In this document: piece by piece, positions 9,599 to 18,592 of the stretch
Layout: every line of letters begins with the position of its first letter
How positions within the stretch are numbered: position 1 is the first letter of the stretch
Assembly: GCA_963776345.1 (NCBI GenBank)
Contig: CAVZMH010000016.1
Span: forward strand, 768,001-832,000
DNA: 64,000 bases
Direction: 5' to 3'
Origin: an uncultured delta proteobacterium
GTDB lineage: Bacteria; Myxococcota; Myxococcia; Myxococcales; Myxococcaceae
Position numbers and translations under genes: made by a program
Notes under the pieces: model-generated
The model's database searches: none
Told to the model about the DNA's origin: nothing
The model's input: the letters and a program-made list of their open reading frames with translations, nothing else

Positions 9599-10600
9599 CT
9601 AGCCCAGCCCGGTGGCCAGCGCCGCTCCGGGAATCACCCCCCGCTCGGTCACCAGCGAGGTGACCAGCGCGGCGGGGGTCACGTCGAACGCCGGGTTGAA
9701 GACCGGCGCGTCCAGCGGCGCCCAGCGGACGCCGCGCGCCCCGCGCACCTCCTCCGCCGCGCGCTGCTCGATGGGGATGGCGTCACCGGAGGGGCAGTCG
9801 AGGTCCACCGTGGACCAGGGCGCCACCGGATGGAACGGCACCCCGTGCGCGCGCGCCAGCACGGCGAGCCCGTAGGTCCCGATCTTGTTGGCGAAGTCTC
9901 CGTTCCGCGCCACCCGGTCCGCGCCGACCAGCACCCGGCTCACCTTCCCGGCGCGGAAGAGCGTCGCGGCCATGCCATCGGTGACCAGCGTGTAGGGGAC
10001 GCCGAGCCGCCCGAGCTCCCAGGCGGTGAGTCGCGCGCCCTGGAGGAGCGGCCGCGTCTCGTCCACCCAGACATGGATCTCGAGGCCGCGGGCGTGGGCC
10101 CGGTGGATGACGCCCACCGCGGTGCCGATGCCGGCGGTGGCCAGCGCGCCCGCGTTGCAGTGGGTGAGGAGCTGCTCCCCGGGCTGCACCAGATCCGCGC
10201 CGAGCTCGCCGATGCGCGCGCACGCCGCGACGTCCTGGTCGTGGATGGCCTCGGCCTCGCGGACGAGATCGGCCGCGCTCCCGCCGGCGTCGAGCACGCC
10301 TCGCAGGCGGTCCATCGCCGATGCCAGGTTGACCGCGGTGGGCCGGGCCTCCCGCAGCCGGGCGACGGCGGCCCGGAGCGCTGCCCCGGCCGCGCCCCGC
10401 TCGGCGGCGGCGGCGATGCTCAGGGCCGCGGCCACCCCGATGAGCGGCGCGCCCCGGACCGACAGCCGCTGGAGGTGGCCGATCATCGCCTCGGGGTCGG
10501 TCCCGTCGAGCCAGACCTCCGCGTCGGGGAGGCGCGTCTGGTCCAGGACCTCGAAGCGCCTGCCCTCGGCCCGCAGCGCCACCCCGTCGATGCGCTTCAC
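9599..10600 (-). CDS. mtnA: S-methyl-5-thioribose-1-phosphate isomerase
   Basis: LDQTRLP, VRGAPLIG, RPTAVNL, THCNAGALAT, ETRPLLQGARLT, NKIGTY, NPAFDVTP. Confidence 0.95.
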   Translation of the reverse strand: MKRIDGVALRAEGRRFEVLDQTRLPDAEVWLDGTDPEAMIGHLQRLSVRGAPLIGVAAALSIAAAAERGAAGAALRAAVARLREARPTAVNLASAMDRLRGVLDAGGSAADLVREAEAIHDQDVAACARIGELGADLVQPGEQLLTHCNAGALATAGIGTAVGVIHRAHARGLEIHVWVDETRPLLQGARLTAWELGRLGVPYTLVTDGMAATLFRAGKVSRVLVGADRVARNGDFANKIGTYGLAVLARAHGVPFHPVAPWSTVDLDCPSGDAIPIEQRAAEEVRGARGVRWAPLDAPVFNPAFDVTPAALVTSLVTERGVIPGAALATGLG

Positions 10601-11244
10601 AGGAGCCTCGGACCGAGGCGCGCCTTCAGCGCCCGGAGCGCCTCGAGCTCGGCGGGGGGGAGCGGGGTCGCTCCACCGAGCTCCTCGGCGGCCTTGAGGA
10701 TCAGCGCGCTGTGCTCCACCCGCTCGATGCCGTTGACCGCCTCCTCCATCGACTCGCCCCAGGCGAGCGCCCCGTGGCGGGAGAGGAGCAGCAGCCGGTG
10801 GGCGGGCAGGAACGGGAGGAGCGCCGTCCCCATCTCCTCGGTGCCGGGCCGGGCGTAGGGAACGATGGGCACCCGGCCGGCGGCGAGGAGCAGCTCGGGG
10901 AGCGCGTCGGTCGGCAGCTCGGTCAGCTCGGGCCGGGCCAGCGTCCAGGCGATGGCGGTCGGCGGGTGGGCGTGGACGATGACCCGCGCCTCCGGGCACG
11001 CCCGGTACACCGCGAGGTGCATCGCCCGCTCCGTCGAGGGGTGGCCGTCGAGGATGCGCCCGTCGAGCGTCACCCGGGCCAGCGAGCCGGGCCGGAGCCG
11101 CGCCTTGTTCACCCCGGCGGGGGTGAGGACGACGGTGTCGTCGGGGAGCCGCACGCTGACGTTGCCGTCGGCGGCGGCGAGCATCCCCCGCGCGTGCAGG
11201 TGCGCACAGGCGTCGCGGATCTCCTCGAAGTGGGGCTCGGGCAT
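10597..11244 (-). CDS. Class II aldolase/adducin family protein
   Basis: DGNVSVR, TPAG, PSTERAMHLAVY, HAHP, HG zinc ligands. Confidence 0.9.
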   Translation of the reverse strand: MPEPHFEEIRDACAHLHARGMLAAADGNVSVRLPDDTVVLTPAGVNKARLRPGSLARVTLDGRILDGHPSTERAMHLAVYRACPEARVIVHAHPPTAIAWTLARPELTELPTDALPELLLAAGRVPIVPYARPGTEEMGTALLPFLPAHRLLLLSRHGALAWGESMEEAVNGIERVEHSALILKAAEELGGATPLPPAELEALRALKARLGPRLL

Positions 11245-11245
11245 C

Positions 11246-12199
11246 TCAGCGCAGCTCCTCGGGCCCGGAGTGGAGCGCCCAGGCCGTCGACAGGTCCTGC
11301 ACCACGTGCCCCAGCGACTTGTAGACGGTGATCTCCTCGGCGGTCCGGCGGCCCGGAACGTCGCCCGACAGCACCTGGCCGATCTCGGCGACCAGGTGGT
11401 CGTCGCCGATCAGCCCCGCCTCCCTGGCCTTCACGAACTCCGCGCCCTGTCGCAGGCACCCTTCCCGGCTGTCGGCGATGAAGCGCGAGGCCGCGACCAG
11501 CGCGCCGTCCACCTCGACCGGCCCGAGGTAGCCCGAGCCGACCAGGTTGAGGTGCGTCCCGGGCCGGACCCACTTCCCGAGCAGGATGGGCTCGGAGGCG
11601 GCGCTGACGGTGCAGATGATGTCGGCCTCCGCCACCGCCTCCGGCACCGAGCGGGCCGCGCCGACCCGGATGCCGAGCTCGCGCTCGGTGCGCCGCGCGA
11701 ACTCGAGCGCGCGCTCCGGCGAGCGTCCCCAGACGGTGACCGACTCCAGCCGCCGCACCTCGCGGATGGCCCGCACGTGCGTGGAGGCCTGCTCGCCGTA
11801 CCCGAGGATCGCCAGGCGCCGGGCGTCGGGACGGGCCAGGGCATCGGTGGCCACCGCGCTCGCGGCCGCGGTCCGGATGGCGGTGATCTCCCCGGCGTGG
11901 ACCACGCAGACCGGCGCGCCCGAGCCGGGCTCGAAGAGCACCACCAGACCCTGGTGGGAGGGCTTCCCCTTCGCGAAGTTCTCCTGGAACACGCTGATCA
12001 GCTTGGACCCGAACACGGCCTGCGCGCCCATGGCCCCGGTCATCACCCCGTAGAGCCGGCCGTCGGAGAGCGGGAGGATGGAGCGCAGCAGCTGCCGCGT
12101 CTCGCCGCGGGAGAGGACGATCATCGCCTCGCGCACGATCCGGATCGCCGCGGGATAGGTCAGCCGGCGGGCGACCTCCTCCCGATCGATGAACCGCAT
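11246..12199 (-). CDS. Ornithine cyclodeaminase/mu-crystallin family protein
   Basis: ITAIRTAAASAVA, ILGYGEQA, GRRTAEEITVYKSLG, QDL. Confidence 0.92.
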   Translation of the reverse strand: MRFIDREEVARRLTYPAAIRIVREAMIVLSRGETRQLLRSILPLSDGRLYGVMTGAMGAQAVFGSKLISVFQENFAKGKPSHQGLVVLFEPGSGAPVCVVHAGEITAIRTAAASAVATDALARPDARRLAILGYGEQASTHVRAIREVRRLESVTVWGRSPERALEFARRTERELGIRVGAARSVPEAVAEADIICTVSAASEPILLGKWVRPGTHLNLVGSGYLGPVEVDGALVAASRFIADSREGCLRQGAEFVKAREAGLIGDDHLVAEIGQVLSGDVPGRRTAEEITVYKSLGHVVQDLSTAWALHSGPEELR

Positions 12200-12290
12200 C
12201 CGCCGCCTCCCGGGGCCGACCGAGCTTCCCTGCGCCCGAGGACACCGTGCCACGGCCGCGCCTCGCAGGACAACGCCTCGGTTGACCCGG

Positions 12291-12980
12291 CTACTCGATC
12301 ACGTCGTTGACGTCGTTCCTCGGGGTCCCCGCGGGGAGGCTCCTCCCGTCCGGCTGCGACCGATCCTCGCTGGAGACGGTCCACACGTCGACGGTGGGGT
12401 CGTTGTCGATGTTCCCCACGCACGCAGCGAGGAACGCATCCCCGTTCACCCCGAGGGCCAGTGACTGCGCACGGGCCTCGGCCACCGGATCGAAACCGGC
12501 AGGGAGCACATAGCGGGCATCGATCGGCAGCACCGCGCTCTCGGAGAGCAGATAGGCGTACCGGTTGCCGGCGGGGACCACGAACTCGAGCTCCGAAAAG
12601 GTCCCTGCGTAGCGGCCGTGCCCGGCGCGGTAGCCCTCCTCCGCCTTCCAGAGCGCCCGGAGATTCACCCTGCACTCGTTCTGCTTGGCACGCGCCTGGT
12701 AGCGAATGAAGTTGGGGATGGCGATCGCTGCCAGCATCCCCAGCTGGAAGGGGAGGATCCCCACCGCGACCACGATCGCCGCGATCGCCCGCCCACGGCC
12801 CGGGAGCTGCGGCTCACGCCGGATCCGGAGGAGCGCCACGATCCCGAGGATCGCCCCCGCCACGGAGCTGAAGCAGATGCAAAGGCCTCCGATGCTCAGC
12901 GCCAGAGCGATGGTCGGAAGAGGGTAGGCAGGCCGCTGCACCGTCTCGCCGGGTCGCACGGCGGGCGAGCTTCGACCCAT
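12291..12980 (-). CDS. DUF4190 membrane domain fused to a type IV pilin-like domain
   Basis: GAILGIVALLRIRREPQLPGRGRAIAAI (DUF4190-like), then LAAIAIPNFIRYQARAKQNECRVNL...GNRYAY...CVGNIDNDPTVDVW (myxobacterial PilA-like). Confidence 0.8.
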   Translation of the reverse strand: MGRSSPAVRPGETVQRPAYPLPTIALALSIGGLCICFSSVAGAILGIVALLRIRREPQLPGRGRAIAAIVVAVGILPFQLGMLAAIAIPNFIRYQARAKQNECRVNLRALWKAEEGYRAGHGRYAGTFSELEFVVPAGNRYAYLLSESAVLPIDARYVLPAGFDPVAEARAQSLALGVNGDAFLAACVGNIDNDPTVDVWTVSSEDRSQPDGRSLPAGTPRNDVNDVIE

Positions 12981-13147
12981 CGATGGGGACCGGCAAGCGG
13001 TTTGATCAGCCGTCCCCGACCGCCGCGCTCAGCGGACGACGACCGCGCAGGCGATGCGGTCACCGGTGTCGCCCGACGGCTGGGTGTGGGTCGTCCGCCC
13101 GGGTGAGCGCCTTGAAACCCTGCAAGAATGCTCCCCTGGCCGAAGCG

Positions 13148-14938
13148 ATGAGCACCCCCCAGGCGATCGCCCGCACCATCCTCGACGGCTTCGAGAAGCG
13201 CTGGGCGCAGTTCCGGGCGCTGAGCGCCGCGGCAAAGGACCGCTTCGAGAAGGCGGACTGGGCGGGCGCGCATGCGCTGAGCCGGCTGGGCATCGGGACC
13301 TACGACGAGCGGGTCCACGAGTCGGTGGAGTCGGTGCTGCGTCTCTACCCGGACGCCCGCACCGACGAGACGCTCTGGCCGCAGGTGAAGCAGGCCTACA
13401 TCGCGCTGCTCTACGACCACAAGCGCCCGGAGTGCGCGGAGACGTTCTACAACTCCGTCGCCTGCCGGGTGCTCGACCGCACCTACTACCGGAACGAGTA
13501 CATCTTCTGGCGCCAGGCGGTGGCCACCGAGTTCATCGACGCGGACGACGTGACCTGGCGGTGCTGGTACCCCACGTCCGGGACCCTGCTCTCCACCTTC
13601 GGCGCCATCGCCCGGAGCCTCGGCCTCTCGGTGCCCTTCGAGGACCTGCGCCGCGACCTTCGCCAGGTGCTGCTCGCGTTCCGGGAGCACCTACCCGGGA
13701 CGCGGGAGCGTCAGCTCAACTTCCAGGTTCAGGTGCTCTCCTCGCTCTTCTTCCGCGACAAGGGCGCGTACGTCGTCGGGCGCATCCTCAACGGCAACCA
13801 GCAGACGCCGTTCGTCGCTTGCCTGCGGCACTCGCCTTCGGGCTGCGGCCTGCAGGTCGACGCGCTCCTGCTCAAGGGCGAGCACCTGGCGGCGCTGTTC
13901 AGCCTCTCGCGCGCCTACTTCATCCTCGACATGGACGTGCCGTCCGAGTTCGTCGCCTTCCTCAACCAGCTGATGCCCGGGAAGTCGAAGGCCGAGCTGT
14001 ACACCTCGGTGGGGCTGCAGAAGCAGGGCAAGACGCTCTTCTACCGGGACCTCCACTCGAGCCTGAAGCACTCCACCGACGCGTTCGTGCTCGCCCCGGG
14101 CGTCCGGGGGATGGTGATGATGGTGTTCACCCTCCCCTCGTTCCCGTGGGTGTTCAAGGTGATTCGGGACGAGTTCCCTCCCCCGAAACAGGTCACCCGC
14201 GAGGAGGTACGCGCCAAGTACCTGCTGGTGAAGTACCACGACCGCGTGGGGCGGCTCCCGGACGCCCTCGAGTACTCCGACGTGCTGTTCCCCGCCGGGC
14301 GAATGCACCCGGAGGTGGTGCAGGAGCTCGAGCGCTCGTGCGCGCGCAGCGTGGAACGGGAGGGGGACCGGCTGGTGGTGAAGCACCTCTACGTCGAGCG
14401 GCGCATGACCCCGCTGGACCTGTGGCTCCGGCACGCTGACGAGGCGCAGCAGCGGCACGCGGTCCACGAGTTCGGGCAGGCGATCCGCGACCTCGCCGAG
14501 GCCAACATCTTTGCTGGCGATCTCCTGCTCAAGAACTTCGGCATCACGGGCCGCGGCCGGGTGGTCTTCTACGACTACGACGAGATCTCGCTGCTGACCG
14601 AGGTGAACTTCCGGCGGCTGCCGAGCGCGCGCGACGAGGCGGAGGAGTCCGCTGCCGAGCCCTGGTTTCACGTGGGCGCGCGCGACGTGTTCCCCGAGGA
14701 GTTGATCCGTTTCCTCTTCCCGCCGGGACGGCTGCGCGAGCTCTTCGTGGAGATGCACGGCGACCTGCTCGACCCCGCGTGGTGGATCGCGCGCCAGGAG
14801 GAGATCCGCTCGGGGAAGCAGCCGGACTTCGTCCCCTACCCGGACGAGGTGCGGCTGGGGCGGCTCCCGGGATGGCGTTCCGGCGCCGCGGGCCTCGGTG
14901 CGAGTCGACGGCGAGCCGGGCTCGCTACTTCGGGGTGA
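13148..14938 (+). CDS. aceK: Isocitrate dehydrogenase kinase/phosphatase
   Basis: AETFYNSV, KQGKTLFYR, APGVRGMVMMVFTLP, DLLLKNFG, RVVFYDYDEI. Confidence 0.95.
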   Translation: MSTPQAIARTILDGFEKRWAQFRALSAAAKDRFEKADWAGAHALSRLGIGTYDERVHESVESVLRLYPDARTDETLWPQVKQAYIALLYDHKRPECAETFYNSVACRVLDRTYYRNEYIFWRQAVATEFIDADDVTWRCWYPTSGTLLSTFGAIARSLGLSVPFEDLRRDLRQVLLAFREHLPGTRERQLNFQVQVLSSLFFRDKGAYVVGRILNGNQQTPFVACLRHSPSGCGLQVDALLLKGEHLAALFSLSRAYFILDMDVPSEFVAFLNQLMPGKSKAELYTSVGLQKQGKTLFYRDLHSSLKHSTDAFVLAPGVRGMVMMVFTLPSFPWVFKVIRDEFPPPKQVTREEVRAKYLLVKYHDRVGRLPDALEYSDVLFPAGRMHPEVVQELERSCARSVEREGDRLVVKHLYVERRMTPLDLWLRHADEAQQRHAVHEFGQAIRDLAEANIFAGDLLLKNFGITGRGRVVFYDYDEISLLTEVNFRRLPSARDEAEESAAEPWFHVGARDVFPEELIRFLFPPGRLRELFVEMHGDLLDPAWWIARQEEIRSGKQPDFVPYPDEVRLGRLPGWRSGAAGLGASRRRAGLATSG

Positions 14939-15179
14939 ACGTCGCCTCCGGGCAGCTCGAGGTGCACTTGCCCGCGGTGATGTCCGAGCAGCTCGAGCCG
15001 TTGAGGCACTGGGCGCAGGTGCTGTCCGGGCCGCCGCAGCTCGCGTCGCACGAGAAGCCCGAAGAGTTCAGGCTGCACGTCTGGAGCTTGTCGCAGGCGT
15101 CCTTGCAGCTCGCGCTGGTCCCGCAGCCGGCCAGCGCCATGCTGAGTGCCGCGAGGCACCCCATCCACCGTCTCTTCAT
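14925..15179 (-). CDS. Small Cys-rich lipoprotein (84 aa)
   Basis: MKRRW...LAGC lipobox followed by ten Cys; GGAGAG ribosome-binding site upstream. Confidence 0.75.
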   Translation of the reverse strand: MKRRWMGCLAALSMALAGCGTSASCKDACDKLQTCSLNSSGFSCDASCGGPDSTCAQCLNGSSCSDITAGKCTSSCPEATFTPK

Positions 15180-15400
15180 CTGTCTCTCCCCGTTCGTCGA
15201 CGCGGGGCTCCGGTGACAACCGGCCATCGCCCGCTCTTCGAAGTAGACCCGGCGATGCTGACGCGTTGCATCCCCACCTCGCCCCACCCGCCGCAGCGCG
15301 CCGGCGCCACGAGGCGGAATCGACCCACTGACGGTGCGATTGCACCGGTGGCAAGCTCCGCCGACCGTCGCCTTTCGGATGACGTGTGGGGGTCTCTTGC

Positions 15401-15976
15401 ATGAAGACGACGCTTGCCTCGGCAGTGCTCGCACTCGCTCTGGTTCACGGCTCCACGGCGCTCGCCCACGATCGTGACGATCTCCGGTCGGGCCCGTTCT
15501 TCGTCACCGTCGACGGGGTCACCGGCGAGTCGAAGATCAAGGGCCACGAGGGTCAGATCGAGGGCTACAACTTCTCGGAGACCTGGCGAAACACGGTCAC
15601 CACCGGCACCGGGGGCGGCGGCGGCGCGGGGAAGCCCACGCTGGGGCCGGTGGTCTTCAACAAGGCCCAGGGAGCGGCCAGCATCAAGCTCCTCAAGGCC
15701 CTGCTGACGGGCGAGCACATCAAGAAGGTGGTCATCGAGTTCTTCGACCAGGCCCAGGACGGCAAGAGCGTGGTCACCTACCGAATCACGCTCCAGGAAG
15801 TCTTCGTGGTGGGTCTCAGCGAGAAGAGCGCCGGCGCGGGTCTGGTCGACGAGGTCCAGCTCATGTTCGAGTCCGCAAAGTGGGAGGTCTTCGACCCGGC
15901 GGACTCGGTCACCTTCGACGGCAAGACCAACAAGGTGAACGCCACCGCGCCCACGGGCGGGCGCAGCACCCGGTGA
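15401..15976 (+). CDS. hcp: Hcp (T6SS tube) family protein with N-terminal Sec signal peptide
   Basis: VDGVTGESKIKGHEGQIE, GGGGAGK, FNKAQGAASIKLLKALLTGEHIKKVVI, YRITLQEVFV and DEVQLMF match the Hcp fold; MKTTLASAVLALALVHGSTALA is a typical signal peptide. Confidence 0.85.
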   Translation: MKTTLASAVLALALVHGSTALAHDRDDLRSGPFFVTVDGVTGESKIKGHEGQIEGYNFSETWRNTVTTGTGGGGGAGKPTLGPVVFNKAQGAASIKLLKALLTGEHIKKVVIEFFDQAQDGKSVVTYRITLQEVFVVGLSEKSAGAGLVDEVQLMFESAKWEVFDPADSVTFDGKTNKVNATAPTGGRSTR

Positions 15977-15977
15977 C

Positions 15978-16526
15978 ATGGTCCGCGGCCTGAGCGTGGG
16001 GCGCAGCTCCCTCCCGGCGCTGGTCGGGGCCGTGGCGCTCGCCCTCGCCTGTGGCTCGGGGACCGACGGGACCTCGCCGTCGGCGTCTCCGACGACGGCT
16101 GACCCCGGGTCCGGCGGGGACACGCCGCCCGGCGCCCAGGCCGAGGCGCCCGGGCCATGGGCCCCGAGCCGCGCCCTGGCGCTGGACCGGTTCGCGCTCG
16201 AGACCGCGCTGCAGTCGGCGCTGCAGGAGCCAGTCGGAGCCGAGCTGAGCGAGTCCACGGTGTGGACGCTGACCGGGGAGAGCGTCGAGCTCCGGCTCGA
16301 GGTCCGCACCTGGTTCTCGGGAGCGGAGGCGGAGGCAGCCTGCCGTGCAGCGGCGGGCGACGGGGCCGCGAGCTCGCTCTCACTCGGCACGCCAACCTGG
16401 GCCACCCAGGAAGCGGTCCACGTCACCCTCGGCGACGCGTGCGTGAAGGTGAGCGTGGTGCGCGGGCCCAATCAGGACGTGGCCGGCGCAACGGCCATCG
16501 CGGCCGCTCTGTTCGAGGCACGGTAG
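15978..16526 (+). CDS. Lipoprotein of unknown function
   Basis: Starts 1 nt after the hcp stop; LALAC lipobox, Ser/Pro/Thr linker and a compact domain with two Cys. Confidence 0.7.
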   Translation: MVRGLSVGRSSLPALVGAVALALACGSGTDGTSPSASPTTADPGSGGDTPPGAQAEAPGPWAPSRALALDRFALETALQSALQEPVGAELSESTVWTLTGESVELRLEVRTWFSGAEAEAACRAAAGDGAASSLSLGTPTWATQEAVHVTLGDACVKVSVVRGPNQDVAGATAIAAALFEAR

Positions 16527-16656
16527 ACCACCACCGCTGACGCGTCGCATCCCCAACCCACCGCGCTCTGCGCCCGACCTCGACACGGGGCGAAGACGGT
16601 CGCCACGACGCTCGTGGCGCCCGGGTAGAGCGACCGCTGCCGGCGACCGCGGGCCG

Positions 16657-17622
16657 CTATCCGCCCGGAGGTGCGCTGGTCGAGGACACCCCGACACCCT
16701 CGACGGGCCGGCCGGCCGGCGCCAGCCTCCGCCCCACGCTGCACTCCGGACGGAGCACGCAGCGGGCGCAGAGCTCGGCCCGGGCCCGCGGCGGACAGGC
16801 GCCGCTCATCCCGTGGTGGCAGAGCACGAAGTCGAAGCGGACCGGATCCGCCGGGTCGATGGCGGCGAGGTTCCGGGTGATGTCCTCGGCCGCCGCCCAC
16901 CCCATCGTCCGACGGCGCACCAGGCCCAGCCGCCACGCCAGCCGCGCGACGTGGGTGTCGAGCGGGACGAGGAGCGCGCTCGCCGGGACCTGCCGCCAGA
17001 TGCCCAGGTCGATGCCGTCCGGCCCCCGCACCATCCACCGGAGGAAGAGGTGGAGTCGCTTCGCCGCGCCCGCCCCCAGCGGCACGGGCAGCAGGTGATC
17101 GAGGCCGCGCGTCTTCCCGAGAGCCCGCTCCACCGCCGCCATGTCGACGTCTCGCAGCTCCCGGACGAAGGCCCCGATCGCCCCGTGCAGCTCGCCACCG
17201 GACGCCTCGCGCGCGGCCACGAACCCGGCCTCGAGCGACCGGCGGCGCTCCAGCATCCGCCCCATGCCCAGGAGGAGCACCGACACGTCCGCGCCGACGT
17301 TGAAGCGGTAGACGAACCCCGAGAGCAGCGCCCGCGCGCCGGACAGGGTCAGCCCGCGGACGAACCGGGCCGGCGAGGGCCCCATCGCCCGGAGGAGCCG
17401 CGTGACTCTTGGCAGGAACAGGTCCGCGCGCCCGTAGGCCAGCGAGGCGGCCAGGAGCGCCGCCACCTCGACGTCGCGCGGGTCCGAGTAGAGGTGCGGG
17501 AGCGAGACCGGATCGAGCGGGAGCCGCCGGCGGGGCGGGGACGTCCGCTCCAGCCGCTCCAGCGCCCGGCGGAGCCGCACGGCCCGCTCGGGGGACAGCT
17601 GATGGGTGCGGCCGCGGCGCAT
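16657..17622 (-). CDS. TIGR02757/DUF2400 family protein (HhH-GPD-like)
   Basis: DPVSLPHLY, EVAALLAASLAYG, KRLHLFLRWMVR, DLGIW, PLDTHV, DPVRFDF, C-terminal Cys cluster. Confidence 0.88.
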   Translation of the reverse strand: MRRGRTHQLSPERAVRLRRALERLERTSPPRRRLPLDPVSLPHLYSDPRDVEVAALLAASLAYGRADLFLPRVTRLLRAMGPSPARFVRGLTLSGARALLSGFVYRFNVGADVSVLLLGMGRMLERRRSLEAGFVAAREASGGELHGAIGAFVRELRDVDMAAVERALGKTRGLDHLLPVPLGAGAAKRLHLFLRWMVRGPDGIDLGIWRQVPASALLVPLDTHVARLAWRLGLVRRRTMGWAAAEDITRNLAAIDPADPVRFDFVLCHHGMSGACPPRARAELCARCVLRPECSVGRRLAPAGRPVEGVGVSSTSAPPGG

Positions 17623-17627
17623 GGGGG

Positions 17628-18239
17628 CTACCGGCTCAGCTCGCGCACGGCGTGGCCGAGCTCGGGGAGGATCAGCCGGTCCAGCGCCAGCCGGACCGCG
17701 TTGGGGCTCCCGGGGAGCACGAAGACCAGCGCCCCGCGCACCGTCCCCGCCAGCGCCCGCGACAGCCAGGCCGCGCTGCCGATCTCCTGGAACGACAGCA
17801 TCCGGAACAGCTCGCCGAACCCGGGGATCTCCTTGTCCAGGAGCGGCCGCACCGCCTCCACCGTCTGGTCCCGCCGGGTGATGCCCGTGCCCCCGGTGAT
17901 GAGCACCGCCCGGGCCCCGCCCTCGAGGCCCCGGTCCACCGCGGCCCGGATGGCCTCCGGCTCGTCGCGGACCACCGTCTGGCCCACCACGGTGTGGCCG
18001 GCCGCCTCGAGCCCCTCGCGCAGCGCGCGCCCGCTCACGTCGTCCGCATGCGCCCGGGAATCGGAGCAGGTCAGGACGAAGCAGGCCACGTGCGTGGGCG
18101 CATCGGTGCGATGCTGCCGGGCCGGGCTCTCGCCATGCGCCGGGACGCCGGCCTGGCCCGGATCGGCGGACTTTTCCCCGCCGTGCCCGTGCGAGTGCCC
18201 TCCATGCTGCCCATGCCCGTGCTTGTGGTCGTGCCCCAT
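17628..18239 (-). CDS. moaB: MoaB/Mog molybdenum cofactor biosynthesis protein with His-rich N-terminus
   Basis: LTCSDSR, DDVSG, ITGGTGITRRDQTVEA, PGFGELFR, SRA, LPGSPNA. Confidence 0.92.
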   Translation of the reverse strand: MGHDHKHGHGQHGGHSHGHGGEKSADPGQAGVPAHGESPARQHRTDAPTHVACFVLTCSDSRAHADDVSGRALREGLEAAGHTVVGQTVVRDEPEAIRAAVDRGLEGGARAVLITGGTGITRRDQTVEAVRPLLDKEIPGFGELFRMLSFQEIGSAAWLSRALAGTVRGALVFVLPGSPNAVRLALDRLILPELGHAVRELSR

Positions 18240-18241
18240 CC

Positions 18242-18553
18242 TCAGCGCTCCTCCACCTCCAGCATCAGCCGCCCGGCCTCCACCGTCACCCTTGCGGTGG
18301 GCTGGTCGTCGCACACGCCCGGCGAGGTGGCATTGGCCCCGCTGTCGAGGTCGAAACCCACCTCGTGGCACGGGCAGACCACCAGGTTGCCCTCCACCCG
18401 TCCGCCGGAGAGCAGGCATCCTGCATGGTTGCACCAGTCGTCCAGGGCCTTGTACCTGCCGTTGACCCGCGCGACGCAGATCGCGCGCTTCCCCAGGTCG
18501 TACCCCCGCAGCTCCCCGTCCTCCAGGTCTGCCGCTCCAAGCTCGATTCGCAT
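18242..18553 (-). CDS. Rieske [2Fe-2S] ferredoxin
   Basis: CNH...CPCH Rieske ligand motifs. Confidence 0.9.
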   Translation of the reverse strand: MRIELGAADLEDGELRGYDLGKRAICVARVNGRYKALDDWCNHAGCLLSGGRVEGNLVVCPCHEVGFDLDSGANATSPGVCDDQPTARVTVEAGRLMLEVEER

Positions 18554-18592
18554 CTGTCGGGCCCAGACATTAACAAGAGAGTCTCCGGACAC

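Noticed and set aside
15401..15976. T6SS gene cluster
   Set aside because: No sheath, baseplate, VgrG, PAAR or membrane-complex genes are in the window.
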